Below are positions 47,706-56,667 of a stretch of 64,000 bases of DNA, piece after piece. Under the pieces are notes generated by a model that saw only the letters and a list, made by a program, of their open reading frames with translations, did not search any database and was not told the origin of the DNA. Source of the DNA: Dehalococcoidia bacterium. Lineage in GTDB: Bacteria > Chloroflexota > Dehalococcoidia > Lucifugimonadales > UBA1123. Where the stretch lies: assembly GCA_965249365.1 (NCBI GenBank), contig OZ252229.1, positions 234,977 to 298,976 on the forward strand, given 5' to 3'. Each line of letters opens with the position of its first letter. Positions within the stretch are counted from its first letter, which is position 1. Both the position numbers and the translations under genes were made by a program.

Positions 47706-48059
47706 ATGAGACATCGGCTTTCAGGCAAGAAGCTCAGCCGGCCGACGCAGCATCGGCTCCTGATGCTGCGGGGCATGGTCACTGACCTCGTCCTTTACGA
47801 GACGCTGAAGACCACCGAGGCGAAAGCGTACGAAGCCAGGCGCATGACGGAGAAGGTCATTACGCTTGGCAAGAAGGGATCTCTTCACCACCGCCGGCAG
47901 GCAGCGGCGCTCCTGACCGACAAAGAGGCAGTTCGTAAGGTGTTTGACGATCTCGCGGATCGGTACTCAGACCGGGCCGGCGGCTACACGCGCGCCTTCA
48001 AGTTGGGCAAGAGAAAGGGCGACGCCGCGGACATGGCGTTGGTGGAGTTGGTTGACTAA
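47706..48059 (+). CDS. rplQ: 50S ribosomal protein L17
   Basis: MRHRLSGKKLSRPTQHRLLMLRGMV..L...E.L.TT..KA. Confidence 0.96.
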   Translation: MRHRLSGKKLSRPTQHRLLMLRGMVTDLVLYETLKTTEAKAYEARRMTEKVITLGKKGSLHHRRQAAALLTDKEAVRKVFDDLADRYSDRAGGYTRAFKLGKRKGDAADMALVELVD

Positions 48060-48138
48060 CGGCGCGGTTCCGACGCGGGATCGGTTGGAATGCCGTGCTT
48101 CAACATATCTTCGGATTCACGGATAGGAAGGTCAGGCA

Positions 48139-48909
48139 ATGCGCCTGGCAATGATCGTCGAGTACGACGGGGCCGGATACAGCGGGTTCCAGTACCAGAG
48201 GAACGCGCCGACGGTCCAGGAGCAGATTGAAAAGGCTATAGAGTCTCTCACCGGGGAGCCCGTCAGGATCAAGGCGGCGGGCCGCACCGATGCGGGCGTC
48301 CACGCTCAGGGCCAGGTCGTTGCGTTCGATACGCAAATGGGACGCGGACCTGAGATCTTACACCGGGCGCTCAACGCCGGGCTGCCCGAGGACATCGCGA
48401 TCCGGTCGGTCTACGAGGTCAGACCGGACTTCGATCCGAGAAGGGACGCGGTGAGCCGGCTGTACCGGTACACGCTGCTGGTGTCGAAGGTGAGATCGCC
48501 GTTGGCAAGGCGCACCGCGTACAGGGTGGCCGGACCGCTCGACCTGAAGGCGATGCGGCGGGCCGCCTCGGCAATGGAGGGACTCCACGACTTTGCCAAC
48601 TTCGGCGGGCAGCAGGAGAACTCGGACGCGACAACGACTAGACGAATCAACAGTGTCGAGCTTGCAGCCGACGGATGCGAGGTTGCCGTCGATGTAAACG
48701 GCAGCGCCTTCCTTCCTCACCAGGTGAGGAGGATGGTGGGAGCGCTGGTTGACGTTGGAAAGGGTAGACTGAACGTAGATCACGTAGAGAGGCAGATCGC
48801 CGCCAGGAGGGATGCGCCGACGGCGCGTGCAGTTCCACCACACGGTCTGTGCCTCATGGAAGTAAACTACCGAGACTTCCCACAGGAAGAGGGCGAGCAG
48901 GAAACATGA
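48139..48909 (+). CDS. truA: tRNA pseudouridine(38-40) synthase TruA
   Basis: [13 protein letters not shown].....VQE.IE.A........V....[15 protein letters not shown]. Confidence 0.93.
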   Translation: MRLAMIVEYDGAGYSGFQYQRNAPTVQEQIEKAIESLTGEPVRIKAAGRTDAGVHAQGQVVAFDTQMGRGPEILHRALNAGLPEDIAIRSVYEVRPDFDPRRDAVSRLYRYTLLVSKVRSPLARRTAYRVAGPLDLKAMRRAASAMEGLHDFANFGGQQENSDATTTRRINSVELAADGCEVAVDVNGSAFLPHQVRRMVGALVDVGKGRLNVDHVERQIAARRDAPTARAVPPHGLCLMEVNYRDFPQEEGEQET

Positions 48910-49346
48910 CGACAAGTTCAAAACCGTACCAGACCAAGGCTTCGGACCTGAATCCAAAGTGGCACGTCGTGGACGCTGACGGTCAGACGCTAGGGCGGCT
49001 CGCGACTGAGATCGCCACGATCCTGAACGGCAAGCACAACCCGCTGTACGTTCCGCACCTGATGTCAGGTGACTACGTGGTGGTTACCAACGCCGACAAG
49101 GTGAGGGTAACGGGCAACAAGCTAAAGCAGAAGATGTACTATCGGCACAGCGGCTACCGCGGCGGCTTGACCGAGCGCACGCTGGAGCAGATGATGGATA
49201 GGCATCCTGATCGCGTGATCCGTCAGGCGGTCAAGGGGATGCTACCCAAGAACTCGCTAGGAAGAAAGATGTTGAAGCGGCTCAAGGTTTACTCTGGTCC
49301 GGATCATCCGCACGCGGCCCAGGTATCATCTCAGGAGGCGTCGTAA
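48906..49346 (+). CDS. rplM: 50S ribosomal protein L13
   Basis: ATG 48906 overlaps the truA stop (ATGA). [27 protein letters not shown]. Confidence 0.95.
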   Translation: MTTSSKPYQTKASDLNPKWHVVDADGQTLGRLATEIATILNGKHNPLYVPHLMSGDYVVVTNADKVRVTGNKLKQKMYYRHSGYRGGLTERTLEQMMDRHPDRVIRQAVKGMLPKNSLGRKMLKRLKVYSGPDHPHAAQVSSQEAS

Positions 49347-49748
49347 ATGGTCCAGGACCAGCAACACTACTACTACGCGCTTGGCAAGCGTAAGACTTCG
49401 GTCGCGCAGGTCAGGCTGTACACTGACACAGGCGCCAACCAGGTAAACGGGAAACCCCTTGAAGAGGTCTTCCCGTGGGGCTCCTGGCAGCAGCTTATCA
49501 ACGAGCCGTTCGATGCCACGCACTCCCACGGCCAGTTCCGCGTCGTCGCGAAGATAAAGGGAGGCGGGGTGGTCAGCCAGGCTGGCGCACTGCGGCACGG
49601 CATCGCCCGCGCTCTGCAGACCGCAGACCCGGGCATGCGGTCCCCGCTGAAGCGGGCTGGACTGCTCACACGAGACGCGAGAGAGAAGGAACGCAAGAAG
49701 TACGGCCTCGCCCGAGCGCGCAAGGCCAAACAGTGGACGAAGCGCTAG
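49347..49748 (+). CDS. rpsI: 30S ribosomal protein S9
   Basis: YYALGKRKTSVAQVRL..G.G...NG......GGG...QAGA.RHGIARAL...LTRD.R.KERKKYG...ARK..Q..KR. Confidence 0.96.
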   Translation: MVQDQQHYYYALGKRKTSVAQVRLYTDTGANQVNGKPLEEVFPWGSWQQLINEPFDATHSHGQFRVVAKIKGGGVVSQAGALRHGIARALQTADPGMRSPLKRAGLLTRDAREKERKKYGLARARKAKQWTKR

Positions 49749-49762
49749 GAACGACTAAAGTA

Positions 49763-50491
49763 ATGGCGACGCAATCCCGGTCTCGAAGCCGATCCTCGAG
49801 GGGCTCGACGGCACGGCTTTCGATGGCCACGGAGAACTACCTGCTCACCATGTTCAGAATGGAGGAGCAGGAAACGCGCGTCACTCTCACGGTGTTGGCC
49901 GAGCACCTCAAGACGCTGCCCCAGGACGAAGGACTGGGCACGTCGCTTCCCTCCGTCGGAGGGATGATCCGCCGGATGGCCCGCGAAGGGCTCGTCGAGA
50001 ACACGCAGAACAAGGACGTCATCCTCACGGCGAAGGGCCGTAAGGCCGCTGAGAGTATCGTCCGCAGACACAGGCTTGCAGAGCGACTAGTCGTCGACCT
50101 CCTTGGCACAGAACTAGATCTTGCCCACATCGAGGCACACCGACTCGAGCACGCTATCTCCCCCTACCTCGAGGGGAAGATGATCGCGGCACTCGGTCAG
50201 CCAGAGACCTGCCCGTTCGGTCACCCGATTCCCGGGAGCACCTATAAGCCCAACAAGGAGTCCAAGACGCTGGACAGGGCCGCCGACGGCGAAGAGCTGG
50301 TTATCGACTCTGTGCCAGAGGACGATCAGGAGCTACTGACCTACTTCGTCGAACAGAACCTCGTCCCCGGACAACGCTTCGACGTCAAAGAGGCGGCCAG
50401 GACCCGTGGCGTCATAACGCTCGTCCGAGAGGGCTCCGAGCTGGTGTTCAGCTACGACGTGGCTGCCAAGATTCGAGTCTGCCCCAGGTAA
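49763..50491 (+). CDS. DtxR/MntR-family metal-dependent repressor with C-terminal FeoA/SH3-like domain
   Basis: ENYLLTMFRMEE....T...LAEHL...PS.V..MI.RMAREGLV......V.LT.KG...A..IVRRHRL.ERL.VD.LG.....H..A..LEH. ATG 49763. The upstream part of ORF 49475.. overlaps rpsI and is discarded. Confidence 0.85.
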   Translation: MATQSRSRSRSSRGSTARLSMATENYLLTMFRMEEQETRVTLTVLAEHLKTLPQDEGLGTSLPSVGGMIRRMAREGLVENTQNKDVILTAKGRKAAESIVRRHRLAERLVVDLLGTELDLAHIEAHRLEHAISPYLEGKMIAALGQPETCPFGHPIPGSTYKPNKESKTLDRAADGEELVIDSVPEDDQELLTYFVEQNLVPGQRFDVKEAARTRGVITLVREGSELVFSYDVAAKIRVCPR

Positions 50492-50574
50492 CGTCCGGCG
50501 TAGGTGGCCTCCTCCGTCTACGGGCTCAGAATGAACGCCAAGTTTGCCGTCACTCCGGCGAATGTCTCTCTTGC

Positions 50575-51339
50575 CTACGCGCTGTGCTCGTCGATCCAGT
50601 TCCACAGGATGTCCGCCCTCGCTGCCTGCTCTGGATCAGACGTATCCAACACGCATCGACACGCCCGCGTGTACGAGCCTATTACCTGCAGGTCCGATCG
50701 TCCCCCGTCCCACCTCCACGGCGAGCCGTCGGCAGCCCTGAAGACCGACTCGCATAGCCCACGTGTTACGGGGACGGCTCTGCGAAAACGACGCGAGCCT
50801 CCGCAGCCTCGGAACACCCAGAATCCATCCCAAAGTCCACTACGACTCATCCCCCGGATTAGGTGGGCGTTCCTCCCAAAGACGCGCATCTCCCGATCAG
50901 ACGGCCGAGCGGCGACCGCCGCAAGCCGCCAATCAATCGGGGCGACCTCGATCCGGGCGACCAGATAGAAGCCGTAGTGCCCGGTCCTCTTCCCGCCTGA
51001 CCACCGCTCAAGCCTGACCAGAAACAGTAGCACGTCCCCGGATCCCATCAGCTTCAGGCCCGCGGCGCGCGAATTGGAGTCGCAGTTGTCCCCGTACGTG
51101 AAGGTCTCGAACTCAGGGTCGTTATGGCAGGAAACGTCCCACAGCCTCCGAGGAACGTAGTCGAGAAGATCGCGCTCGGGGTAGTACCAGGACCTCAGAT
51201 CACGGTAACGGGTCGCTCTCCTGGAATGCAGATCAGGGGTCTCAGGAATCGGCAGGAACTCGAACGTCCCGTTCTCAAAGACGGGGCCCGCGAACCGATG
51301 GCTTGCATTCGCGCCGACGTTCGCGAGGAAGATGCGCAC
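50575..51339 (-). CDS. conserved-looking hypothetical protein translationally adjacent to queG
   Basis: GTG start 9 nt after the queG stop. 254 aa, no TM or signal, six Cys. I cannot place MRIFLANVGANASHRFAGPVFENGTFEFLPIPE... in a named family. Confidence 0.55.
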   Translation of the reverse strand: MRIFLANVGANASHRFAGPVFENGTFEFLPIPETPDLHSRRATRYRDLRSWYYPERDLLDYVPRRLWDVSCHNDPEFETFTYGDNCDSNSRAAGLKLMGSGDVLLFLVRLERWSGGKRTGHYGFYLVARIEVAPIDWRLAAVAARPSDREMRVFGRNAHLIRGMSRSGLWDGFWVFRGCGGSRRFRRAVPVTRGLCESVFRAADGSPWRWDGGRSDLQVIGSYTRACRCVLDTSDPEQAARADILWNWIDEHSA

Positions 51340-51348
51340 CCTGAAAGT

Positions 51349-52560
51349 CTATCTCGGAGGGGTCGAGGCGTGGGCGTGATCGAGGGCGTCGCTAATCTCG
51401 TGTTTCACGTCTGGATCGGTTTCGGCGGCGGACGCATGATCCAGGGCCGCGACGGCCTCGGGGCCTCCGATCCGTCCGAGAGCCCACGCGGCGTGCAGCC
51501 GCACCATCGCGTCGGCCTCCCTCAGCGTCTTCGCAAGGGCTGGAACCGCCGCTGTGTCCCCGATGTTCCCCAGGGCGACACAAACGTTCCGCTGGAGCCC
51601 CTCCCTCTTCGCGCGACGGATCGGACTGCCGTTGAACCTTTCCCGAAATCCTTCTTCATCCAGGCTTAGGAGCGGGATCAGCTCTGGGGCGTCAAAGTCG
51701 TGGCGTTTCTTGAAGTCAGACTCCCGGCTGGATTGAGCCTTCCGGTTGACCGGGCAGACATCTTGGCAGATGTCGCATCCGAACACCCAGTCCCCCATGA
51801 GGGGACGGAGATCGGTTGGTATCGGGCCCCGCAGCTCGATCGTGAGGAACGAGATGCACTTGCGGTTGTCGATGACGTACGGCGCGATGATAGCGTCCGT
51901 AGGACACGCGGGGATGCACAGGATGCACTCGCCACAGGTCTTCTTCAGCGGGGGGTCTGGTCGCAGATTCAGGTCGGTGACGACCTGCGCGAGGAACACC
52001 CATGAGCCGTGCGTGGGTGTGAGGATGTTTGTATTCTTTCCGAACCAACCGACGCCGGAACGTTCGGCGGCGGCCCGGTCGTTCATCGGTCCGTCATCGA
52101 CGAAGTAGCGCGTACGCACAGGACGGTCGACGACCTCCGGGAGCTCCCGAACGAACCGCCGTAGGCGGCTCTTAATCAGAGAGTGATAGTCCCTGCCCCA
52201 CGCGTACTTCGCGATCCGGCCCTTCGGCCCGTCGTTCTCGTTCTGGTCGGGCCCGACAGACGGTGGGCCGGTGTCGTAGCTCCTGGCCATCGAGACAACC
52301 GATCGAGCGCCGTTAAGCAGGAGTCGGGGGCGGTTCATTCGCCGAACCCGATCCTCCGTGTACCAGGGAAGTCCGTCCATCAGCCCGGAGCGCGTCCGCT
52401 CGATGGCGGCAGCCTCATCCCTCACGAACGGTTCTGCATCGGTAATTCCGACGCGATCGAACCCTAGCGAGAGCGCGAGATCCTTGATTCTGTCTTCGAG
52501 CTTTGGCAATCCAGGCTCTCCAAGTCCGCCCATATAGTCCAGCACCCCCCACGATAGCAT
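51349..52560 (-). CDS. queG: epoxyqueuosine reductase QueG
   Basis: LGFDRVGITDAEPF... Two ferredoxin boxes CGECILCIPACP and CDICQDVCP. C-terminal HEAT-like AVPALAKTLREADAMVRLHAAWALGRIG. Start is ATG 52560 or 52533. The 170-aa upstream extension in the ORF track runs into the IS and is spurious. Confidence 0.88.
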   Translation of the reverse strand: MLSWGVLDYMGGLGEPGLPKLEDRIKDLALSLGFDRVGITDAEPFVRDEAAAIERTRSGLMDGLPWYTEDRVRRMNRPRLLLNGARSVVSMARSYDTGPPSVGPDQNENDGPKGRIAKYAWGRDYHSLIKSRLRRFVRELPEVVDRPVRTRYFVDDGPMNDRAAAERSGVGWFGKNTNILTPTHGSWVFLAQVVTDLNLRPDPPLKKTCGECILCIPACPTDAIIAPYVIDNRKCISFLTIELRGPIPTDLRPLMGDWVFGCDICQDVCPVNRKAQSSRESDFKKRHDFDAPELIPLLSLDEEGFRERFNGSPIRRAKREGLQRNVCVALGNIGDTAAVPALAKTLREADAMVRLHAAWALGRIGGPEAVAALDHASAAETDPDVKHEISDALDHAHASTPPR

Positions 52561-52570
52561 ACGAGAGGCG

Positions 52571-53816
52571 GAAGGGCCCCCAGGGCAATCGCATATTGGT
52601 TGATGTATAAGACTTGGTTTAGAATTGAGGTCAAATGGAATAAGGAGTGACCTCATGGAGTCCACGCCCTCTGCCAGTCTGATAGAGCGATTTTCGATAC
52701 TTGTTGATCCACGAGACGATCGCGCCAAGCGCCATAGTCTGATCGATATTGTTGTCATAGCGGTATGCGCGGTCATATGCGGGGCGGACTCCTGGGTGGA
52801 TGTGGAGATGTTCGGAAAGTCAAAGAGGGAGTGGTTTGAACGACTGCTAGAGCTGCCCAACGGCATCCCCTCGCACGACACGTTCGGACGTGTGTTTGCG
52901 ATGATCGACTCCGGACAGTTTGAGGAGTGTTTCGTGGACTGGGTGAGTGCTGTCAATGAGGTGACCAAGGGGCAGGTGGTGGCTATAGACGGCAAGACGC
53001 TGCGTGGGTCACATGACAGGTACGTTGGCAAGTCGGCGATACACATGGTCAGCGCGTGGGCGACGGCCAATCACCTGGTTCTGGGACAGACCAGCGTGGA
53101 GGAGCGCTCCAACGAGATAACAGCCATACCACAGCTGCTAAAGACGCTTGATGTGTCCGGCTGCATAGTGACCATAGACGCGATGGGATGTCAGACGCAG
53201 ATCGCCTCGACGATCATAGATCGGGGAGCAGACTACGTCTTGGCGCTGAAGAAGAACCAACCACAACTCCACCAAGACGTAACTCACATGTTCACCGATG
53301 CTCGCAGGACACACTTCACCAGAGTCGATCACGACTACTACGAGACGGTCAACAAGGGTCATGGTCGAATCGAGACACGACGATGCTGGACAATCTCAGA
53401 CAGCGAGTATATCGGCTACTTCAACGACTGCGGCCAGTGGCCTCAACTCAAAAGCGTAGCTATGATCGAGTCAGAGCGTGAGATTGATGGCAGAAAGTCC
53501 ACAGAGGTTCGCTACTACATATCAAGTCTGTCTGAGCGAGCTGATCGGATGCTCTCGGCTGTAAGAGAACACTGGGCGATAGAGAACTCATTGCATTGGA
53601 CGTTGGACGTGGCCTTCAACGAGGACGACAGTAGAGTCCGTGTGGGAAACGCAGCGGAGAACTTCTCGATCCTCAGACGAATGGCGCTCAACATGCTCAA
53701 AGCCGAATCAACGCTCAAGGTCGGAGTCAAAGCCAAACGCAAAACCGCCGGATGGGATCCCGACTACCTCTTGACTGTACTCAATTCGTAGTATGCGATT
53801 GCCCTGGAAGGGCCCC
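52571..53816 (+). mobile_element. ISAs1-family insertion sequence (1226 bp, 52581-53806) with perfect 10-bp target duplication
   Basis: IRL CAGGGCAATCGCATA (52581-) equals the reverse complement of IRR (-53806). GAAGGGCCCC at 52571-52580 and 53807-53816. Confidence 0.9.
52655..53791 (+). CDS. ISAs1-family (H-repeat associated) transposase
   Basis: FSILVDPRDDRAKRHSLIDIVVIAVCAVICGADSWVDVEMFGKSKREWF...GIPSHDTFGRVF and ...HWAIENSLHWTLDVAFNEDDSRVR. AAGGAG upstream of ATG 52655. Confidence 0.9.
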   Translation: MESTPSASLIERFSILVDPRDDRAKRHSLIDIVVIAVCAVICGADSWVDVEMFGKSKREWFERLLELPNGIPSHDTFGRVFAMIDSGQFEECFVDWVSAVNEVTKGQVVAIDGKTLRGSHDRYVGKSAIHMVSAWATANHLVLGQTSVEERSNEITAIPQLLKTLDVSGCIVTIDAMGCQTQIASTIIDRGADYVLALKKNQPQLHQDVTHMFTDARRTHFTRVDHDYYETVNKGHGRIETRRCWTISDSEYIGYFNDCGQWPQLKSVAMIESEREIDGRKSTEVRYYISSLSERADRMLSAVREHWAIENSLHWTLDVAFNEDDSRVRVGNAAENFSILRRMALNMLKAESTLKVGVKAKRKTAGWDPDYLLTVLNS

Positions 53817-53825
53817 GGCTCGGCC

Positions 53826-53855
53826 TTGAACCTGCAAGTCTCCGCCTAGTACAAT
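53826..53855 (+). promoter_or_regulatory. promoter TTGAAC-18-TACAAT upstream of rplS
   Basis: Read directly. Begins 10 nt after the right IS target duplication. Confidence 0.45.
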
Positions 53856-53901
53856 TGACGGATGCCGCACGGCTGACTCTCGGATACGCAGGACGATTCA
53901 A

Positions 53902-54258
53902 ATGGAAGCTCGCGAGCTCGTAAAGCTCGAACCGAACCCGAACATCGACAGGTTCACCCCCGGCGACACCGTTCAGGTGGGAGTCAGGGTAACCGAGGCA
54001 AACCGGACTCGCACGCAGGTTTTCGAGGGCGTGGTTATCCGCACTCGTGGCGGTGGTCCGGGCGCATCGTTTACCGTCCGCCGGGTCAGCTACGAGATCG
54101 GCGTCGAACGCACGTTCATGACCCACTCGCCCAACGTCCAATATGTCAATCTCGTTCGGCGTGGTCGCGTCCGGCGAGCGCGCTTGTACTACCTCCGAGG
54201 TCGATCTGGCCGGGCCGCCCGCATCAGGGAAGACCGGAGAGAACGCGCCCAGAGGTAG
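53902..54258 (+). CDS. rplS: 50S ribosomal protein L19
   Basis: [58 protein letters not shown]. Confidence 0.96.
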   Translation: MEARELVKLEPNPNIDRFTPGDTVQVGVRVTEANRTRTQVFEGVVIRTRGGGPGASFTVRRVSYEIGVERTFMTHSPNVQYVNLVRRGRVRRARLYYLRGRSGRAARIREDRRERAQR

Positions 54259-54294
54259 GGCACGCGGGTCACGGCGACTCGATGGAGGTGTACG

Positions 54295-56514
54295 TTGAGA
54301 TACGCCGAAGTCGCCGTCGACGTCCCAACCGGCCACTCCCGCACGTTCAGCTACTCGATTCCTGACGCCCTCGACCTCGCTCCGGGCCAGCTAGTCAGGG
54401 TCCCGTTCGGCCCTCGTGAGATCGACGGCGTCGTTTTCCGACTGTCAGACGTCTCTCAGGTCGACGAAGAGGTGACACGGCCGGTTCTCAACGCGGTCAG
54501 TCCTGGACCGGTTCTCGATTCTCGGCAACTGTTCCTCGCCAAATGGATCAGCGAGTACTACGTTTGCTCCCTTTTCGAGGCGTCGGCTCCAATGCTTCCA
54601 CCCCCCGGCCGGCCCAAGTCCATCGAGTACCTCCGGGTTAGGGCTTCGGCCCTGGAGAGAATCCAACGCTGGCTCAACACCGAAGGGAAGAGAGCCCCTC
54701 GCCAATCTGAGTTGATCACGAGGTTGGCGGAGTCCGATGCGCCGACGCCAGCGATCGCTGTCCGAAAGGAGTTCGGCAGCGGCGTCGTTTCGGCCCTGAT
54801 CGAGAAGAGCTTCGTCGTAATCGACCGGACCCGAGTTTACCGAGAGCCCCTGGCCGATCGGACATTTCCGCGCGAGGCCCCGGTCTCCCTGACCCAGGGG
54901 CAGAAGAACGCGGTCGCGGACGTGGTCGCGTCGATCCACGACGACGATCGCCGTCCGAGGGCGTTCCTGCTCCAGGGTGTTACCGGAAGCGGCAAGACGG
55001 AGGTTTACCTCGCCGCCGTCGAGGAGTGCCTCACCCGCGGCAGACAAGCGGTCATTTCGGTGCCGGAGATCTCGCTGACCCCACAGACGATAGAGCGGTT
55101 CGCGAGGCGTTTTCCGGGCAAGGTCGCCGTGCTCCACAGTGGCCTCACGGCAGGCCAGCGCCACGACCAGTGGTGGTCAATCCGCGAGGGAGAATACTCC
55201 GTCGTCGTCGGAGCCCGAAGCGCCGTGTTCGCTCCTGTCCCTAACCTGGGGCTGATCGTCATGGACGAGGAGCACGAGTGGGCCTACAAGCAGCACGACG
55301 CCCAGCCGAGGTACCACGCCCGCGACGTGGCGCTCAGACTCGGTAGGCTAACGGGCGCTGTGACGCTGATTGGGAGCGCGTCTCCAGACGTCGCATCCTA
55401 CTATCGAGGGCTCCTGAATGACTACGGCCTCCACGTCCTGCCAGACCGGCTGCGGCGCCGAAGTGACGGCTCCACGACGGTCTCGCCCTTGCCGGCGGTA
55501 GAGATCGTCGACATGCGCAGGGAGCTGCGCGAGGGCAACTCGCACCTGTTCTCCCGGAGACTGCAAGCGGAGCTGAAATCGTGCCTCGCCAGCGGCCACC
55601 AAGCCATCCTGTTTCTCAACAGGCGTGGCACCGCGTCCCACATGCGGTGCCGAAACTGCGGCCACGGGATGCGCTGCGCCGGGTGTGACGTACCACTGAC
55701 GTACCACAGGCAGTCCCAGAGGCTGATGTGCCACTACTGCGGTCGGCGACGGCGGCTCCCAGAAAACTGCCCAAGTTGCCGAAGCTTCCGGCTCAGCTTC
55801 TACGGGATCGGTACGCAGTCGGTTGCCGACGCCGTGTCCGCCGAGTTCCCGGACGCCCGCGTCGTACGCTGGGATAGGGACGCGACTCGGCACGTGAGGG
55901 ACTACGAGGATCTGATGTCGCAGCTCAAGAGCGGAGAGGCGGATGTACTGGTCGGGACCCAAATGATCGCAAAGGGGCTGCATCTGCCGGGCGTCACTCT
56001 TGTTGGCGTCGTGCTCGCCGACGTCGGCCTCGCGATCCCTGACTACCGGTCAGGCGAGCGCACGTTTCAGCTACTGTGTCAAGTCGCGGGACGCGCCGGC
56101 CGTGGCGACACGCCGGGCAAGGTCGTCTTTCAAACGTATCAGCCGGACAACTATGCGATCAGGGCGGCCGCGGCGCAGGACTATCAAGCCTTCTACACGA
56201 CCGAGATGCGAAAACGCCGCGAGCACGGCAACCCGCCCTATTCGCGCCTGATCCGCCTACTCTATGCCCACACAAACCGGGAGTCGAGCGAAGAGCGGGC
56301 GAACGACCTGGCTCAGAGGCTGCGCTCGACCCAGATGCAGTCCGACCTCCCTGGTGTCGAAATCCTGGGTCCGACGCCTCCGTTCCCCCTCAGACTCCGT
56401 GGCCGCTACCGATGGCACATCGTCCTCAGAGGCACCAACCCAAGAGAGCTGCTTGACCTCGAAGAAACTCCTCATGGCTGGACGGTAGACATAGACCCTG
56501 TCGCGTTAACGTAG
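54295..56514 (+). CDS. priA: primosomal protein N' (replication restart helicase PriA)
   Basis: MRYAEVAVDVP....FSY.IP......G..V.VPFG.R...GVV. GVTGSGKTEVY. DEEH. Cys-rich CRNCGH..RCAGCD..L..H......CHYCG.....P..CPSC. TTG start after GGAGG. Confidence 0.93.
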   Translation: MRYAEVAVDVPTGHSRTFSYSIPDALDLAPGQLVRVPFGPREIDGVVFRLSDVSQVDEEVTRPVLNAVSPGPVLDSRQLFLAKWISEYYVCSLFEASAPMLPPPGRPKSIEYLRVRASALERIQRWLNTEGKRAPRQSELITRLAESDAPTPAIAVRKEFGSGVVSALIEKSFVVIDRTRVYREPLADRTFPREAPVSLTQGQKNAVADVVASIHDDDRRPRAFLLQGVTGSGKTEVYLAAVEECLTRGRQAVISVPEISLTPQTIERFARRFPGKVAVLHSGLTAGQRHDQWWSIREGEYSVVVGARSAVFAPVPNLGLIVMDEEHEWAYKQHDAQPRYHARDVALRLGRLTGAVTLIGSASPDVASYYRGLLNDYGLHVLPDRLRRRSDGSTTVSPLPAVEIVDMRRELREGNSHLFSRRLQAELKSCLASGHQAILFLNRRGTASHMRCRNCGHGMRCAGCDVPLTYHRQSQRLMCHYCGRRRRLPENCPSCRSFRLSFYGIGTQSVADAVSAEFPDARVVRWDRDATRHVRDYEDLMSQLKSGEADVLVGTQMIAKGLHLPGVTLVGVVLADVGLAIPDYRSGERTFQLLCQVAGRAGRGDTPGKVVFQTYQPDNYAIRAAAAQDYQAFYTTEMRKRREHGNPPYSRLIRLLYAHTNRESSEERANDLAQRLRSTQMQSDLPGVEILGPTPPFPLRLRGRYRWHIVLRGTNPRELLDLEETPHGWTVDIDPVALT

Positions 56515-56521
56515 TAACCCT

Positions 56522-56553
56522 CGCCCTTCGATCCGCCGCGGCGGAGGCGAACG
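56522..56553. repeat. short variant of the REP core (cgcccttcgatCCGCCGCGGCGGaggcgaacg)
   Basis: Matches the reverse complement of 6560-6612 on both flanks but lacks 17 internal nt, leaving a 12-nt perfect palindrome. Confidence 0.7.
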
Positions 56554-56611
56554 CCCGTACAAGCGGAGACCTCAACGATCCACAGGGTTGCGCGCAATGG
56601 AGGGGACAACG

Positions 56612-56638
56612 AAAAAGGGGCGGTTCGCGAACCGCCCC
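56612..56638 (-). terminator. Rho-independent terminator for the NHL operon; also faces the priA 3' end
   Basis: GGGGCGGTTCG/CGAACCGCCCC perfect palindrome, followed on the minus strand by TTTTT (56616-56612). Confidence 0.75.
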
Positions 56639-56667
56639 TGAAGTGCTATCAGGCCAGGTCGTTGGAC

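Noticed and set aside
49475-49762. Upstream 96 codons of ORF 49475..50491
   Set aside because: They overlap rpsI in another frame. The DtxR-like sequence begins at ATG 49763.
52561-53070. 170-aa N-terminal extension of the queG ORF (track ORF 51349..53070)
   Set aside because: The extension reads through the left end of the ISAs1 element antisense to its transposase. QueG homology starts only at about 52533-52560.
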